Shown here one piece after another: positions 36,194 to 47,254 of a DNA stretch of 64,000 nucleotides (positions are counted from its first letter, which is position 1; each line of letters opens with the position of its first letter). The notes under the pieces were generated by a model. It searched no databases and was not told the origin of the DNA. It worked only from the letters and a program-made list of their open reading frames with translations. The translations under genes were made by a program, and so were the position numbers. The stretch is from a virus. The stretch lies in the IMG/VR virus record IMGVR_UViG_3300025276_000020, one strand, 5' to 3'.

Positions 36194-39100
36194 ATGTCAA
36201 GTATAACAAATGTTAATAATAATGCCAGCGTAGTAAACGTAGGAAGAACAACTCCGGTATCACCGGGAGTTCAACCAGCGGCCAAATCTATTCCTGTCGT
36301 AGTCGCATCTGATCAGGTAGCAATTCCTGTAGAAGAGCAAAACAAAGTACAGTCTGAAGTAGCACTGTCGCTTCTAGGTATTCCACGTGCTGAAGTCGCT
36401 TTAGGTATCTTTGCAGACGTTAACACATATGATGTTAACCCAACAGAGTGGTCATCTAGTCCTCAATATCACATTACTGGTTACGGTATTAAGCATCTTC
36501 CAAACGAAGCTGGTGCATTAGTAGAAGCTCCTAGAAATAAGACATCAGTCTTGACCTCTAAGCGTTTCTTCAGATATCAGCCTGGTCGTGTATCAGCCGC
36601 AACATTCGGCGTTAAGAGTACTACGAGTTCAGCCAACTTCTGTCAGAATCCGTCTATCAAAAAGTTTGGAATCTATGATAACTTTGATGGATACTTCTGG
36701 GAAACTAGAAACGATTCTCAAGAAGATAACTTCTCTGTAGTAAGACGCTCACAATCAATGATTAAAGCTCCTACTTCACCAACAGGTATTGCAGGTCAAT
36801 ACTTAAAAGGCGGATCACCTGGGAACGACACATTAGGCACAACACAGAACGATGACTATAGAGTTATCGGTCAAGGTCAGAAAGAAACTGTTACAGAAAG
36901 CACAGTTCTCGTAAAAGACAGAAAACTAATCACAGATAATAGATTTTCAATTGTCGATACCGCACTCGCAGCCGCAGTATCAGCTTACAGTACTACGGGC
37001 AATGTTAATGTCACATCGCCTAAAAATGGTACCACTGTAAACGGATACACTATTACATCAGGAAGCTATACTGCAAGTGGAAACTTCTATGCTGACCTAG
37101 CAGTATCGATTAACACTGTTACCAATGCTCCTGATATTACAGCCGCACAAGTTGAGCTAAAGTGTAAACGTGACATGGATTACTGGATAGAAAACTATCT
37201 ACTAGATATGGAATACGGTGGAACTGCACATACTAATCTAAACGTGAGTAACTATGCAACTGGTTTGTTCCCACAGATTGCTACATTTGAAAAAGCTATT
37301 CACGCACAACTTAAAAGTGTTCTAGATGGATATGCTGGAATTACTTCTGCAGGTGATACTAAAATCACAGCACTTACTACTATCACTCAAACAGCATTTA
37401 ACCGTAATAATGGCCAGTCTGTACTAGTACCTTCTGTGCCCACTTCTGGAGCATATGGAACAAGAAACAAACTAGAAACGGTCTTCGCAGTCAAGAAAGA
37501 GTATTGGGCATATGTTGTATCTGTATCAACAGGTGCCAATGCCGCTATCACATACACAGTTCCAGCTGATGGATTGAGTTCTGGACTTACTGCACTTGAT
37601 ATTAAATATAAGTGTCAGCGAGACGTTGGATACATCATCGATGGATACTCAAATGACATATCTGGTGGAGGTGATGCTGAGACAAAGTACAACATGACTA
37701 TGTACTTCAAGAATGGTCGACCTTCTTCTTCTACAAATGGTGCAGGAATGTCTATCTATTCACAGACAGCCGGCGGTGTTTTAGCGGAGATCGAAAGACA
37801 CACGCACCTTAGAGATAAGATTAAAGCAGATTTAGTAACATATGGCTTTGCTACAACAACAGCAGAATACAAAAAGCTTGTAATTCTTGCAGACAGAGTT
37901 ATATCTAACTTCTCTATCGAGAATCAGCAAAGCATGGATTTAGGAGAAAAAGGATTTGCAGGTAACTTAGTTGCTTTACGTGACGGACTAGTTGTAACTC
38001 ACGCCGCAGTCTTTGACCCTACACTTCTCAAGACTGCTGAAAGCATCGTTACAGTTGCTATTGGATCAAATGCAGAAGCTAATCTGGGCACACCTAATTC
38101 GTTCAAGCTATCTAAAGGACACGTAACATTCGGACAACATGTTAGAGTTAAGACTTGGGCAAATGCAGAATCAGTAGCGGCTTGCGGTACATTAGTGCCA
38201 GGCACAGTATACAAAGTTGTTAAAGTATATGGTCCTAAAGGTAACGAGTTTACGTTGCAGGATGAAAGTGGTACCGCACAGGCATTCACTGTAGCTCAAG
38301 CAACAGCGGCTGGCACAATGTATCTTGAGACAGTCGTACCGTTCATCTTCCCTAAAGTGTATCAGCCTGCAACAGGAGCAGGATATTGGGATAACTTTAC
38401 GCCTAACTTAGATATTAACTCAGACGTATTCCCTAAAGGAATGGTATTCCCATACATGTATGCAAGTGACTATAATCTTCTCAGCGATGATGTATCTTCT
38501 CTGAAAGTTGGATACATCAATACTGCATTAGATTTATCCAATGGCACAAACCTTAATACAGTGTGTACACAAATGGATACTGTAAACTTTGAGCCAGAAT
38601 ATATCAACTGGATTAAGAATAATGTTAAGCCAGAGTACTACGGCGTTTATGATTATCGTGTTCCTAGATCACGCTTCAGTCATGACACTTTAGATGGAAA
38701 GAGTTCTGCCGCAGGCACATCTAAGAATAGAGTATACAGTGATCTCGCAACTGGAGAAAATGGTATTGCTCGACCTGGTCAGAGATATACAATAGGAACA
38801 TCTCCAAACGAAGTGGCACAGTTCACAGATAGTCTTTACAGCTTTGACTTCACTAAAGTTACCATGCTTAAGATTGAATTCTCTTGGTACGGTGCTGTTG
38901 GTGCATTGTTCTTAGCATATGTTCCAGTAGCGAACGGAGAAGCAAGATGGGTAAGAGTACATCATCTTCGTGCATCGAATCAGTTGAAAATTGCCTCTTT
39001 AGGTAATGCGACACTTCCTATTACGTACACGACATTTGGTGGAGGAGATGCTAAGTCTCTAGGTGATGGAGAAGATGCTAACTTTACTGATAGAGGATAC

Positions 39101-40267
39101 GGAGCCGATTCACACTCTATCGTTAAGTATGGTGCTTCTTACTATATTGATGGTGGAGATAGAGGTACTGTTCGTCTATACAGTCATAATAACGAAGATA
39201 CTGCAACTGCATACGGTAAGCAATGGACTATTAAGAACGGTAGTTATGTATCAAGTGGTAATAAAGTTGCAATCAACTCTACATCACTTGAGGCAGGTAA
39301 CCCTACAGTTAACGTTGACCCTAGATTCTTTATGGGCGCAAGACTTAAAACATCTAACAAGACTGACCAAAACATTAAAGTCGTTTGGGCAGATTCTACT
39401 CATGTGTACTTGTCTTCAGCACCTAGCTCAACTACTAGTCTTAAGTTACTTGTAGATCGTGCTAACTCCACATTCGGTCTAGAGACTAAGAAAGTTATTC
39501 TAAGCACACGAGAGTCTAATGCTGTACGTAACAGAGTACAAGTTTATCCTACTAAACTGTCTACATCTAACTTAGGCGACAATCCAGTTAGAATGAGATT
39601 TAAGAAAACTCCATTATTCCAAACAGACACAGTTTACTTAGGAAGCATTTCTACTTCAGCAGAATACACGATTACGGCAGCAAATCTTCCGTTAGCTGTG
39701 ACAGAATCGGGTGGAGCAGGTACGTTCATGGATAATGCAGACAGCCTATATGGATGGTTTCAAGCTACAGTCGGTGTTGACAACATCACAGTCTTTGGTA
39801 GATTATATAAAGAAGCGGATCTATATTACTATGAACTTCTCGAATCTTACAATGCAGAGGTTATTATTAAGGTAGGAATATTCTTACCAGATGTAAGATT
39901 TAGCGCAGATGGTGTATATGCAACCGGTACTGCTTATAGCACAAGCGGAAGTAACTATTTGTTACGCCCTCCACTAGCGCAATCAACGGTAACTAAAGTA
40001 ACATCAGAGAAAGAAGGATTAAGTTCAGTAAAAATTGCTAACGATACTGTAGTTCCTATTCCAGGAACTGGTATAAACGTAGCGACTATATACTTACAGG
40101 CGGGAACAGAACAACTTGACCTTGCACCTTATTTCGATTACAATAAAGAGTATCTATCATTCCCGTTGACAGATCAAGCAGATAGTCTTTATTTTACAGT
40201 AGACTCCGATACAGCGGCGAATACTTCAGATGAAATAAGTTTGGGTTGTACGTGGGAAGAGCAGTAA
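36194..40267 (+). CDS. Large virion structural protein (paralog of 40271-43801)
   Basis: SEVALSLLGIPRAE, FFRYQPGR, TMLKIEFSWYGAVGA; two KCxRD(M/V)xY repeats. Confidence 0.7.
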   Translation: MSSITNVNNNASVVNVGRTTPVSPGVQPAAKSIPVVVASDQVAIPVEEQNKVQSEVALSLLGIPRAEVALGIFADVNTYDVNPTEWSSSPQYHITGYGIKHLPNEAGALVEAPRNKTSVLTSKRFFRYQPGRVSAATFGVKSTTSSANFCQNPSIKKFGIYDNFDGYFWETRNDSQEDNFSVVRRSQSMIKAPTSPTGIAGQYLKGGSPGNDTLGTTQNDDYRVIGQGQKETVTESTVLVKDRKLITDNRFSIVDTALAAAVSAYSTTGNVNVTSPKNGTTVNGYTITSGSYTASGNFYADLAVSINTVTNAPDITAAQVELKCKRDMDYWIENYLLDMEYGGTAHTNLNVSNYATGLFPQIATFEKAIHAQLKSVLDGYAGITSAGDTKITALTTITQTAFNRNNGQSVLVPSVPTSGAYGTRNKLETVFAVKKEYWAYVVSVSTGANAAITYTVPADGLSSGLTALDIKYKCQRDVGYIIDGYSNDISGGGDAETKYNMTMYFKNGRPSSSTNGAGMSIYSQTAGGVLAEIERHTHLRDKIKADLVTYGFATTTAEYKKLVILADRVISNFSIENQQSMDLGEKGFAGNLVALRDGLVVTHAAVFDPTLLKTAESIVTVAIGSNAEANLGTPNSFKLSKGHVTFGQHVRVKTWANAESVAACGTLVPGTVYKVVKVYGPKGNEFTLQDESGTAQAFTVAQATAAGTMYLETVVPFIFPKVYQPATGAGYWDNFTPNLDINSDVFPKGMVFPYMYASDYNLLSDDVSSLKVGYINTALDLSNGTNLNTVCTQMDTVNFEPEYINWIKNNVKPEYYGVYDYRVPRSRFSHDTLDGKSSAAGTSKNRVYSDLATGENGIARPGQRYTIGTSPNEVAQFTDSLYSFDFTKVTMLKIEFSWYGAVGALFLAYVPVANGEARWVRVHHLRASNQLKIASLGNATLPITYTTFGGGDAKSLGDGEDANFTDRGYGADSHSIVKYGASYYIDGGDRGTVRLYSHNNEDTATAYGKQWTIKNGSYVSSGNKVAINSTSLEAGNPTVNVDPRFFMGARLKTSNKTDQNIKVVWADSTHVYLSSAPSSTTSLKLLVDRANSTFGLETKKVILSTRESNAVRNRVQVYPTKLSTSNLGDNPVRMRFKKTPLFQTDTVYLGSISTSAEYTITAANLPLAVTESGGAGTFMDNADSLYGWFQATVGVDNITVFGRLYKEADLYYYELLESYNAEVIIKVGIFLPDVRFSADGVYATGTAYSTSGSNYLLRPPLAQSTVTKVTSEKEGLSSVKIANDTVVPIPGTGINVATIYLQAGTEQLDLAPYFDYNKEYLSFPLTDQADSLYFTVDSDTAANTSDEISLGCTWEEQ

Positions 40268-40270
40268 CTC

Positions 40271-43200
40271 ATGCCAAAGCAGATAAAACTTGGACTGGAT
40301 AAAGTACCAGCTCCAGTTACGAAGCAGTTTACCCAGTTAATAGATATTGAAGGCAACCTGCTTTACGATGCGGCTGGTAATCCTGTAATAACTGAAGACG
40401 AAGCTACGCTAGGGTCATTCTCGACCTCAGCTGGCTCGACTTCTGTCTATATTAATAATAGGGATAATAATCCTATTATTTCTATACCTATAGCAGAACA
40501 ATTCTCTGAAACGTCAGAGGTGAGTAGTTCACTACTAGGTATTCCAAGAGCAGAAGAACAACTCAGTCTATTCTCAGATGTTTCAACGTATGGCTTAGAC
40601 GAAGATAACTGGAACTATTATACATTTAGCGGTGCTACTTCACCAGGAGAATGGTACAATAAAGAAAATCCTATATTCGGCAGTAGACAAAATCCTGAAT
40701 TCTATGAAGGATCAGAAGAGCAAGCATTATATCTAAAATCTTTTCCATCACAATATGCCTTTCCAGGAAGTACAATAGCAGAGAACTCGGCTACTCCATC
40801 AGAGACGATGAAGCAGTACATGAACTTCATTGCTATGGGTCGATACCTTTACGGATATTTTTATCCAATCAATCCGGTATTCGCAGAAAGCAATTTTTTA
40901 AATGCCAATATTGAAGTTGTGAATTCTACAGGCACAACAGTTACTACTAGCACAAGTGGATCATTCTTAACTATCGCACTAACTTTTAATGGAGACGGTA
41001 ACTTCTTTGATGTCGAATACGGAAGTGACTTTCAAGATTCTTGTAATCAAATAGAAAGATTTACATATATATTTGGAAGAATAGTTGACGGAGATGCATC
41101 ATTTCCAGATTTAGTTGGTTCTGCTACAACAGATTTTAAACTTACCGCAGAATTTCCTGCAATACGTAGCTTCTTATCTACAAGATGTAGACCTGGTGGA
41201 AGTTCTACATCAGAAAAATTTGCGATTCTTCAGAGTAATAAGACCTTTAGGTATCAGCCAGGTAGAGCTAGTGGGTTCACATTCGGAGTTAGACAGCAGA
41301 CAGATACGGCTTCTAGCGCAAGCTTTATTGAGTGGGGTTGCTCAAACGACACAGATGAGTACATGTTTCAGTTAAGAGGATCTAGCTTTAATATTATTCG
41401 AAGAAGTACCATTAAAATGCCAGACGCATTACTAGTGCGACAGGGACTAGAAGTAACTGATCAGGGTTCTTCAGCAGTTCAGCCTAAAGGAGTTGGCGTT
41501 GGCGATGCTCTATGGGAAACAACTATACCTAGAACGAAGTTCAATGGCGATAGCATGTTGGGCAGTGGTAAATCTGGGTACATTCTATCGTTTGAAGACG
41601 TTACTATGTACAAGATCGAATTCTCTTGGTATGGTGCTATTGGTGCCAAGTTCTACGCATATGCTCCTGCTGATGTAGGTGAAGCAAGATGGATACTTAT
41701 GCACACATTCGTAATTGAGAATGGATTGGGCAAACCAGTGCTAAATAATCCAGACTTTAAATTTAAGTATCTAATATATACTGCTGATACCTCAACTCTC
41801 AAATACCCTATATATCTTTACAAGTACGGAAGCAGTTATTATGTTGACGGCGGTGATGAAGGTACTATTAATCTAACAAGTGTGACAGCAGATAGTAAAG
41901 AGTTCACGCAAAGAACCCCTATCATAGGAGTTTTACCTAAACAAGAAATTAGAAATACTGATGGAGTTGGGATAAAAAACTTTAAGAAAGCTTACCCAAC
42001 AACACTATCAGTATCAAGCGATATAGCGAGTAGAGTAGATATAGAAACTATATCAGGATCTCCAGACGGAGTGCATTATAGTTTTGCACCTTCTCTTCAT
42101 AACGGAGTACATGCATTATCTAGAAACTTGAATTTCAAGTTTAATGGCACATCTGGACTAACCTTAGACCTTCCGACTGGAAATACTGTATCAGGTGGTA
42201 GTTTTGTCGTAGGCACATTATATAAAATAACAAGTCTTGGAAACACAACTCAAGCACAGTGGAATACTGCCGCTGGCACAAGTGGTGTAGCGTATACAGT
42301 TAACGGTACATACAATTGCTTTACTGCCGCAACAACTGGAACAGGAACAGGAACAGTTGTCGATAATATATTCGCAGTTACAGATGATGGTGGCAAGATT
42401 ATTGCAGATGGAATATATAACGCATATGTTCAATACAATGAGAACGACAAAAGTAGTGCTAATATTAGACGAAAGAATGGATACAATCTAACTTCACCCA
42501 ACTCTGCAGGCTCTAAGATCAGTAAATCGATGAAGCTCGATGGCACTGTTATTGATACGTCTACTTCTCCTACGTTTACCGGAAAGGTAACAAACTTTCA
42601 TTCGATCTCCACTTCGACAGTACCCATTCAATCTAATAATTTTAGAGTACATTGGCTAGATCCAAACAGTTACTCAGCCATCACTGGTAGACATTTTACA
42701 GATTACGCTATATGCATAGGAACTAATTTAGGATTTGTAGACGGTACGGATAGTAATAAGCTTAAGTTCACTAAAGACGATAGTAGTACTGTACCATTTA
42801 GCTTCGATGACGTGCTTTCAGTTAAAGGATCTCAGGTTGGCACAGCAATAAACTATTCTACTAAGGCTGAATACGTTGAGTGGGATCCATCCTACGGAGA
42901 TAGATTTGACGTTGATGTTCGTTTGCCTGCGCCATCAGGTGCTGACACCGGAACTATCAGTGCCCTCAAGGGCGAAGTCAGAGTAGTTACTTATGATGTC
43001 GCCTCAGTAGAAGCAGGAACAGGAACCTTTGCAGGTAAATTTAAAATAACTTTTAGTAGTTCTGCTCCCTCTGCATCTATGTTTCCAGTAGACTCAAACG
43101 GAGATGTTATCGCAGGAGCATCTGAAGTGGGCGTAAACGGTATAGGACTAGGATTATATTACGTGACTGCTCCGGCATTCAACTCTAGTAACCAATATTT

Positions 43201-43801
43201 CGTCTACGTTGATCAGAATCCAAATACGTTTGGAGGTACAAGAGACATAACAGCCACTGGTGTACAAACTAAAACAATTACTCTAACTGATGATTGGCAA
43301 CTGGCGGACAGATTTGCGTCTGCACAGTTTACTGTATCGAAGGCAGTTAAGTTTAACGCACAGCCATTATATCTCACTATTGCAATGCACGATGACGCTA
43401 AAATAAATAGCATTGTCGTTGAAGAAATCACAGAAGATAATGTACAAGTAAAGACTCCTAAGTTTATTAAAGGCGATGAGTGTCCTAACTTGTCTATTGT
43501 AGCAAGTGGACTATCTAGTAACATATTATCTCCATCTGCTTTTCAGTCAGACGATAGAACTTCTAGTATCAGGTTCGATACACAGACATTGAATCCTCTT
43601 AGACCAGGAGTTAAGATATACTCTTTCTACATTGCGCCTAATAAGCCAGCACAGTTCGACCTATCTAACATATTCGGCAGAGACAGAAAAGGATTAGCTA
43701 GAGGTTTGCTAAATAATCAAGCACTATTCTTAACTGCATCAGCAGTTGACGGAGTATCTACGGGTAATATTGAAATGACTCTTACGGCGAAGGAACAATA
43801 A
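40271..43801 (+). CDS. Large virion structural protein (paralog of 36194-40267)
   Basis: SEVSSSLLGIPRAE, FRYQPGR, TMYKIEFSWYGAIGA, KYGSSYYVDGGDEG. Confidence 0.7.
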   Translation: MPKQIKLGLDKVPAPVTKQFTQLIDIEGNLLYDAAGNPVITEDEATLGSFSTSAGSTSVYINNRDNNPIISIPIAEQFSETSEVSSSLLGIPRAEEQLSLFSDVSTYGLDEDNWNYYTFSGATSPGEWYNKENPIFGSRQNPEFYEGSEEQALYLKSFPSQYAFPGSTIAENSATPSETMKQYMNFIAMGRYLYGYFYPINPVFAESNFLNANIEVVNSTGTTVTTSTSGSFLTIALTFNGDGNFFDVEYGSDFQDSCNQIERFTYIFGRIVDGDASFPDLVGSATTDFKLTAEFPAIRSFLSTRCRPGGSSTSEKFAILQSNKTFRYQPGRASGFTFGVRQQTDTASSASFIEWGCSNDTDEYMFQLRGSSFNIIRRSTIKMPDALLVRQGLEVTDQGSSAVQPKGVGVGDALWETTIPRTKFNGDSMLGSGKSGYILSFEDVTMYKIEFSWYGAIGAKFYAYAPADVGEARWILMHTFVIENGLGKPVLNNPDFKFKYLIYTADTSTLKYPIYLYKYGSSYYVDGGDEGTINLTSVTADSKEFTQRTPIIGVLPKQEIRNTDGVGIKNFKKAYPTTLSVSSDIASRVDIETISGSPDGVHYSFAPSLHNGVHALSRNLNFKFNGTSGLTLDLPTGNTVSGGSFVVGTLYKITSLGNTTQAQWNTAAGTSGVAYTVNGTYNCFTAATTGTGTGTVVDNIFAVTDDGGKIIADGIYNAYVQYNENDKSSANIRRKNGYNLTSPNSAGSKISKSMKLDGTVIDTSTSPTFTGKVTNFHSISTSTVPIQSNNFRVHWLDPNSYSAITGRHFTDYAICIGTNLGFVDGTDSNKLKFTKDDSSTVPFSFDDVLSVKGSQVGTAINYSTKAEYVEWDPSYGDRFDVDVRLPAPSGADTGTISALKGEVRVVTYDVASVEAGTGTFAGKFKITFSSSAPSASMFPVDSNGDVIAGASEVGVNGIGLGLYYVTAPAFNSSNQYFVYVDQNPNTFGGTRDITATGVQTKTITLTDDWQLADRFASAQFTVSKAVKFNAQPLYLTIAMHDDAKINSIVVEEITEDNVQVKTPKFIKGDECPNLSIVASGLSSNILSPSAFQSDDRTSSIRFDTQTLNPLRPGVKIYSFYIAPNKPAQFDLSNIFGRDRKGLARGLLNNQALFLTASAVDGVSTGNIEMTLTAKEQ

Positions 43802-46290
43802 TGGCTAGTTTTAGAGGATTAAATGTCCAGAAAGCGATGAACGATGTCGATAATAAGGCACAATCGCTAGTCAATCTAGGTCTAGACCAACGAGATTTGG
43901 CTTTAATAAGTGGAATTGCTGCCGCTGGAATAACGACTAACGAACTACACACTCTAGCAGGTTTAGTAGTAGATCAGAAGAAATCTCTGTATTCTTTAGG
44001 CGAATCTGCTGAAACTCTTGGAGGCATATTAACGGGCTTGCAAGATATTCAAGTACCTCAGGCATATAATATACAGTACGATGATCAAGTGCGAGCCTCT
44101 GCAATCAAGTATAACTATTTAGATTTTGCCCGTTATGGCGCACTTGATGAAACACAAAGCGCAGACATATCAACATCACGAGTATCTTCTTGGTCAACTA
44201 TTGGCACAACAATACTATACGGCGGTGAGATTAAAGTCACTGGCTCACAGATCGAGCTATCTTCTTTGAAAGCAACGACGGCTCCAGTAACGAAACTATT
44301 CAGATCAGAAATACCTACACATACGTTAAAATTAAATATTAATGGTTCACCGCAAACTTTTCTTGCGATGAAAGGCATACCGATGGAACTTCAAGGGTTC
44401 TTTAGAAACGCTAATTTTAGTCATGCAGTTACGGCAGTGACCGACAGTCTTGGTCAAGTCCCAGGCACATGGAGAATAGTTAATAACGATAACGGACAAA
44501 CATATAACTCAGGCGATGGCACTGCGGCACCAAACAACGGTAACCTTGGAGTTGGAGCATTGGGTAGTCCAGCAACTTATGCATTCAGAGATAGTTCTAA
44601 TAGATCGAGAACAGTACAGTTCTACTATGATCCATCTAAGATACTTGAACTACGTACACCTGGAATAAACATCACTAACTGGACAACATCTAAGTTGCCC
44701 GCTTTGCGGAGACTAGACATAAACAATAATGACTTATACGTTCTACCCAGTTTCAGAGGAGATGCCACCAGTAAAGACGGCATATTGACTCCTGGAGGTC
44801 TAGCTCCAGTTCTAGAGCAAATAGTATTAACTGCTAACAACTTATCGAGAGCAATACACGCTGATGGCACCCAAATTGTTGCCACTCATCAGCTAAACAC
44901 TTTACCCACAACTCTTACACATTTGACTATGAATGGAGTCTTTTCTGATAGCACAGATATCGATCTTTTAGACTATCAAAATCTATCTGTTCTCAATTTT
45001 CACACGTACTATTCACGTAATGCACAGAGAAGAATGACTGGAGGCACAGTATCTCCAAAAGTTTACACTAATGTTGCGGCAGGAAAAGGCATAGCATCTT
45101 ACAGCATGTATCATCAGCCGTATTCCCAGTTGGCTGACGGAGTATGCACAAGTAATAATTTAGCATATCTATACTTTCCTTGGTGTGGTACTAGTGCTAA
45201 AGAAGGCGGTGGTGATATCACTATTGCCAGCCCAGTGATAGGCAGTTTTCTGTCTTATGGTAATGGTCATAACGTAGTCGATATGAATAGTAAGAGTAGT
45301 CTGATCACTTACATTCAACAATATTCGAGTGGCGGTTCAACTGCCGCTCAAAAAGCTATAGGTAGTAAGTTCGCTGGATGTTCATCATTAGGACAGCTAA
45401 ACTTTTACTCATCTGCTGTTACTGGCAATATAGAGACTGCGTTTTCATCACTACAATCTTTAACTTATCTGGAACTTAGATGGACAGGGGTCAGTGGAAG
45501 ACTAGATGATAATAGTTTTGCGAATACCAATTCACTACAATATCTGCTTCTTGCAGGATCTGGTTATAACACTTCAGACTTTTTCGGCACACAAGATTCG
45601 ATTGACAATAACTCTGGTAGCGGAGAAGTATTTAAAAACACACTCGATCTTAGGTGGATGTATCTTTATAATAATGGTAGCGCCGCAGGCAAGTTGCCAG
45701 ACTTCAGCTCTAACGTTAATCTAACTGGATTATATTTTCACAGCACAGGAATTAATGGACCACTTCAAACCTTTGCGAATAACACAAGTCTCTACTATTT
45801 AAGAATAAGTAATTGTCAAGTTAGCGGTACTGTTCCTGCATTCACAGGCAACGGTCTTAAGTACATATACTTGTACTCTAATCAGCTTGCCGGTCAAGTT
45901 CCTAAATTTACTACTCCATATCTCTACCAGTTATACTTACAGTACAACAATCTTACTGGCAATATTCCAGACCTGTCTGGGTGTACTCGATTGCAGAGAG
46001 TTTATCTAAATAATAATAGTATAAATGGATATACTCCAGGTGCGTTGCAGTACAACTCATCACTGTCTGTCATAGATTTCAGTAATAATCAGTTATCTAA
46101 TACTGCGGGGTCAAATATTATAGCGGATCTATATGAGAACCTAAGTCTTAATCCCAGAACTGGTGTATCTGTTAACTTACTGGGTAATTCAATGACTAGG
46201 GAAGGCATACAAAACGATGGCACAACAGGAGACACAAGCACAGCTAATAAACTAAGCTTCTTGGAAAACTTCTGGACTATTCTAATATAA
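43801..46290 (+). CDS. Leucine-rich repeat protein
   Basis: Many LxxLxLxxNxLxGxIP units, e.g. LYQLYLQYNNLTGNIPDLSGCTRLQRVYLNNNSING. Confidence 0.88.
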   Translation: MASFRGLNVQKAMNDVDNKAQSLVNLGLDQRDLALISGIAAAGITTNELHTLAGLVVDQKKSLYSLGESAETLGGILTGLQDIQVPQAYNIQYDDQVRASAIKYNYLDFARYGALDETQSADISTSRVSSWSTIGTTILYGGEIKVTGSQIELSSLKATTAPVTKLFRSEIPTHTLKLNINGSPQTFLAMKGIPMELQGFFRNANFSHAVTAVTDSLGQVPGTWRIVNNDNGQTYNSGDGTAAPNNGNLGVGALGSPATYAFRDSSNRSRTVQFYYDPSKILELRTPGINITNWTTSKLPALRRLDINNNDLYVLPSFRGDATSKDGILTPGGLAPVLEQIVLTANNLSRAIHADGTQIVATHQLNTLPTTLTHLTMNGVFSDSTDIDLLDYQNLSVLNFHTYYSRNAQRRMTGGTVSPKVYTNVAAGKGIASYSMYHQPYSQLADGVCTSNNLAYLYFPWCGTSAKEGGGDITIASPVIGSFLSYGNGHNVVDMNSKSSLITYIQQYSSGGSTAAQKAIGSKFAGCSSLGQLNFYSSAVTGNIETAFSSLQSLTYLELRWTGVSGRLDDNSFANTNSLQYLLLAGSGYNTSDFFGTQDSIDNNSGSGEVFKNTLDLRWMYLYNNGSAAGKLPDFSSNVNLTGLYFHSTGINGPLQTFANNTSLYYLRISNCQVSGTVPAFTGNGLKYIYLYSNQLAGQVPKFTTPYLYQLYLQYNNLTGNIPDLSGCTRLQRVYLNNNSINGYTPGALQYNSSLSVIDFSNNQLSNTAGSNIIADLYENLSLNPRTGVSVNLLGNSMTREGIQNDGTTGDTSTANKLSFLENFWTILI

Positions 46291-46300
46291 GGGCTGAGAG

Positions 46301-47254
46301 ATGGCACAAGGATTTGTAAGAACATTAAATTTCCAAGAAAGTGATACTGGTGCGCTAGATAGAGGCATACTAGATAACTTGGGAGGACTAAACATAACAA
46401 ATGATTTGCTACTCTTTGATGGCAACTCCAAATTTGTATCTAAACTTGTTGCCGCTGACTATAGTGTCGCAAATAATATCGTAACTGTTACAGGTGAAGG
46501 TAAGGTCGCTTTCTCTGACGGAACTAAGCTGTCTTTTAACTCAGCGCCAGCATCTTTCATATACACTGTATTTAATTCTAATGGCATTGATAAGTTCCAA
46601 GTAAAGAATGGTGGAGGCTCAACAGTAACTCCATCTGGTACTTTGCGTAGAAGTGACTATATCACTCAAGCAAATTTAGCCAATCTCAGTGTTAAGAGAC
46701 TGGAGACTAATGGAGGAATTAGCTCTGGAATATCAGTAGACAGTGATGGAGGAGGAGATGTATTCAACTCTTTCACGTCCAACGCACAGGTTGCGTATAT
46801 TGAAGATTTACTAGGACTGTTCTACTATAAAAGGTCTAGAATACCTCGTAACTACGAACTGAGTACTTTCAGCATTCCTGTTAAATTTTCTGGTGCAATC
46901 ACAATAATGAACAGTGTAGCTACGTCTAGCACTGTACCTAGTGCCACTAGTCCAGGTTTGTTTATTGTAGATGCGTCAAATCCTTCAGCCACTGCTGTAC
47001 GTGCATTCAGCGATTCATCAAATCCCTGGTCTACAGTTTCTGGCGCTCTTCATACAGACGAAGATAACGCTCAAGCTAACAGACTATTCTTTGATCCAGC
47101 CTCACAGCCTACTACTCCAAATATTAAAACTGTGAATGCTTCAGGAACTCAAGTCACCTTAGTGACAACTGAGACAAACGTAGTATCAACAGCGACTCAT
47201 AAATTGCCTGTAGAAGTTAACGGTGAAACGTACTTTCTACTTCTTAAAGTTTAA
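46301..47254 (+). CDS. Hypothetical virion protein
   Basis: Ends THKLPVEVNGETYFLLL; lies in the late structural cluster. Confidence 0.65.
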   Translation: MAQGFVRTLNFQESDTGALDRGILDNLGGLNITNDLLLFDGNSKFVSKLVAADYSVANNIVTVTGEGKVAFSDGTKLSFNSAPASFIYTVFNSNGIDKFQVKNGGGSTVTPSGTLRRSDYITQANLANLSVKRLETNGGISSGISVDSDGGGDVFNSFTSNAQVAYIEDLLGLFYYKRSRIPRNYELSTFSIPVKFSGAITIMNSVATSSTVPSATSPGLFIVDASNPSATAVRAFSDSSNPWSTVSGALHTDEDNAQANRLFFDPASQPTTPNIKTVNASGTQVTLVTTETNVVSTATHKLPVEVNGETYFLLLKV

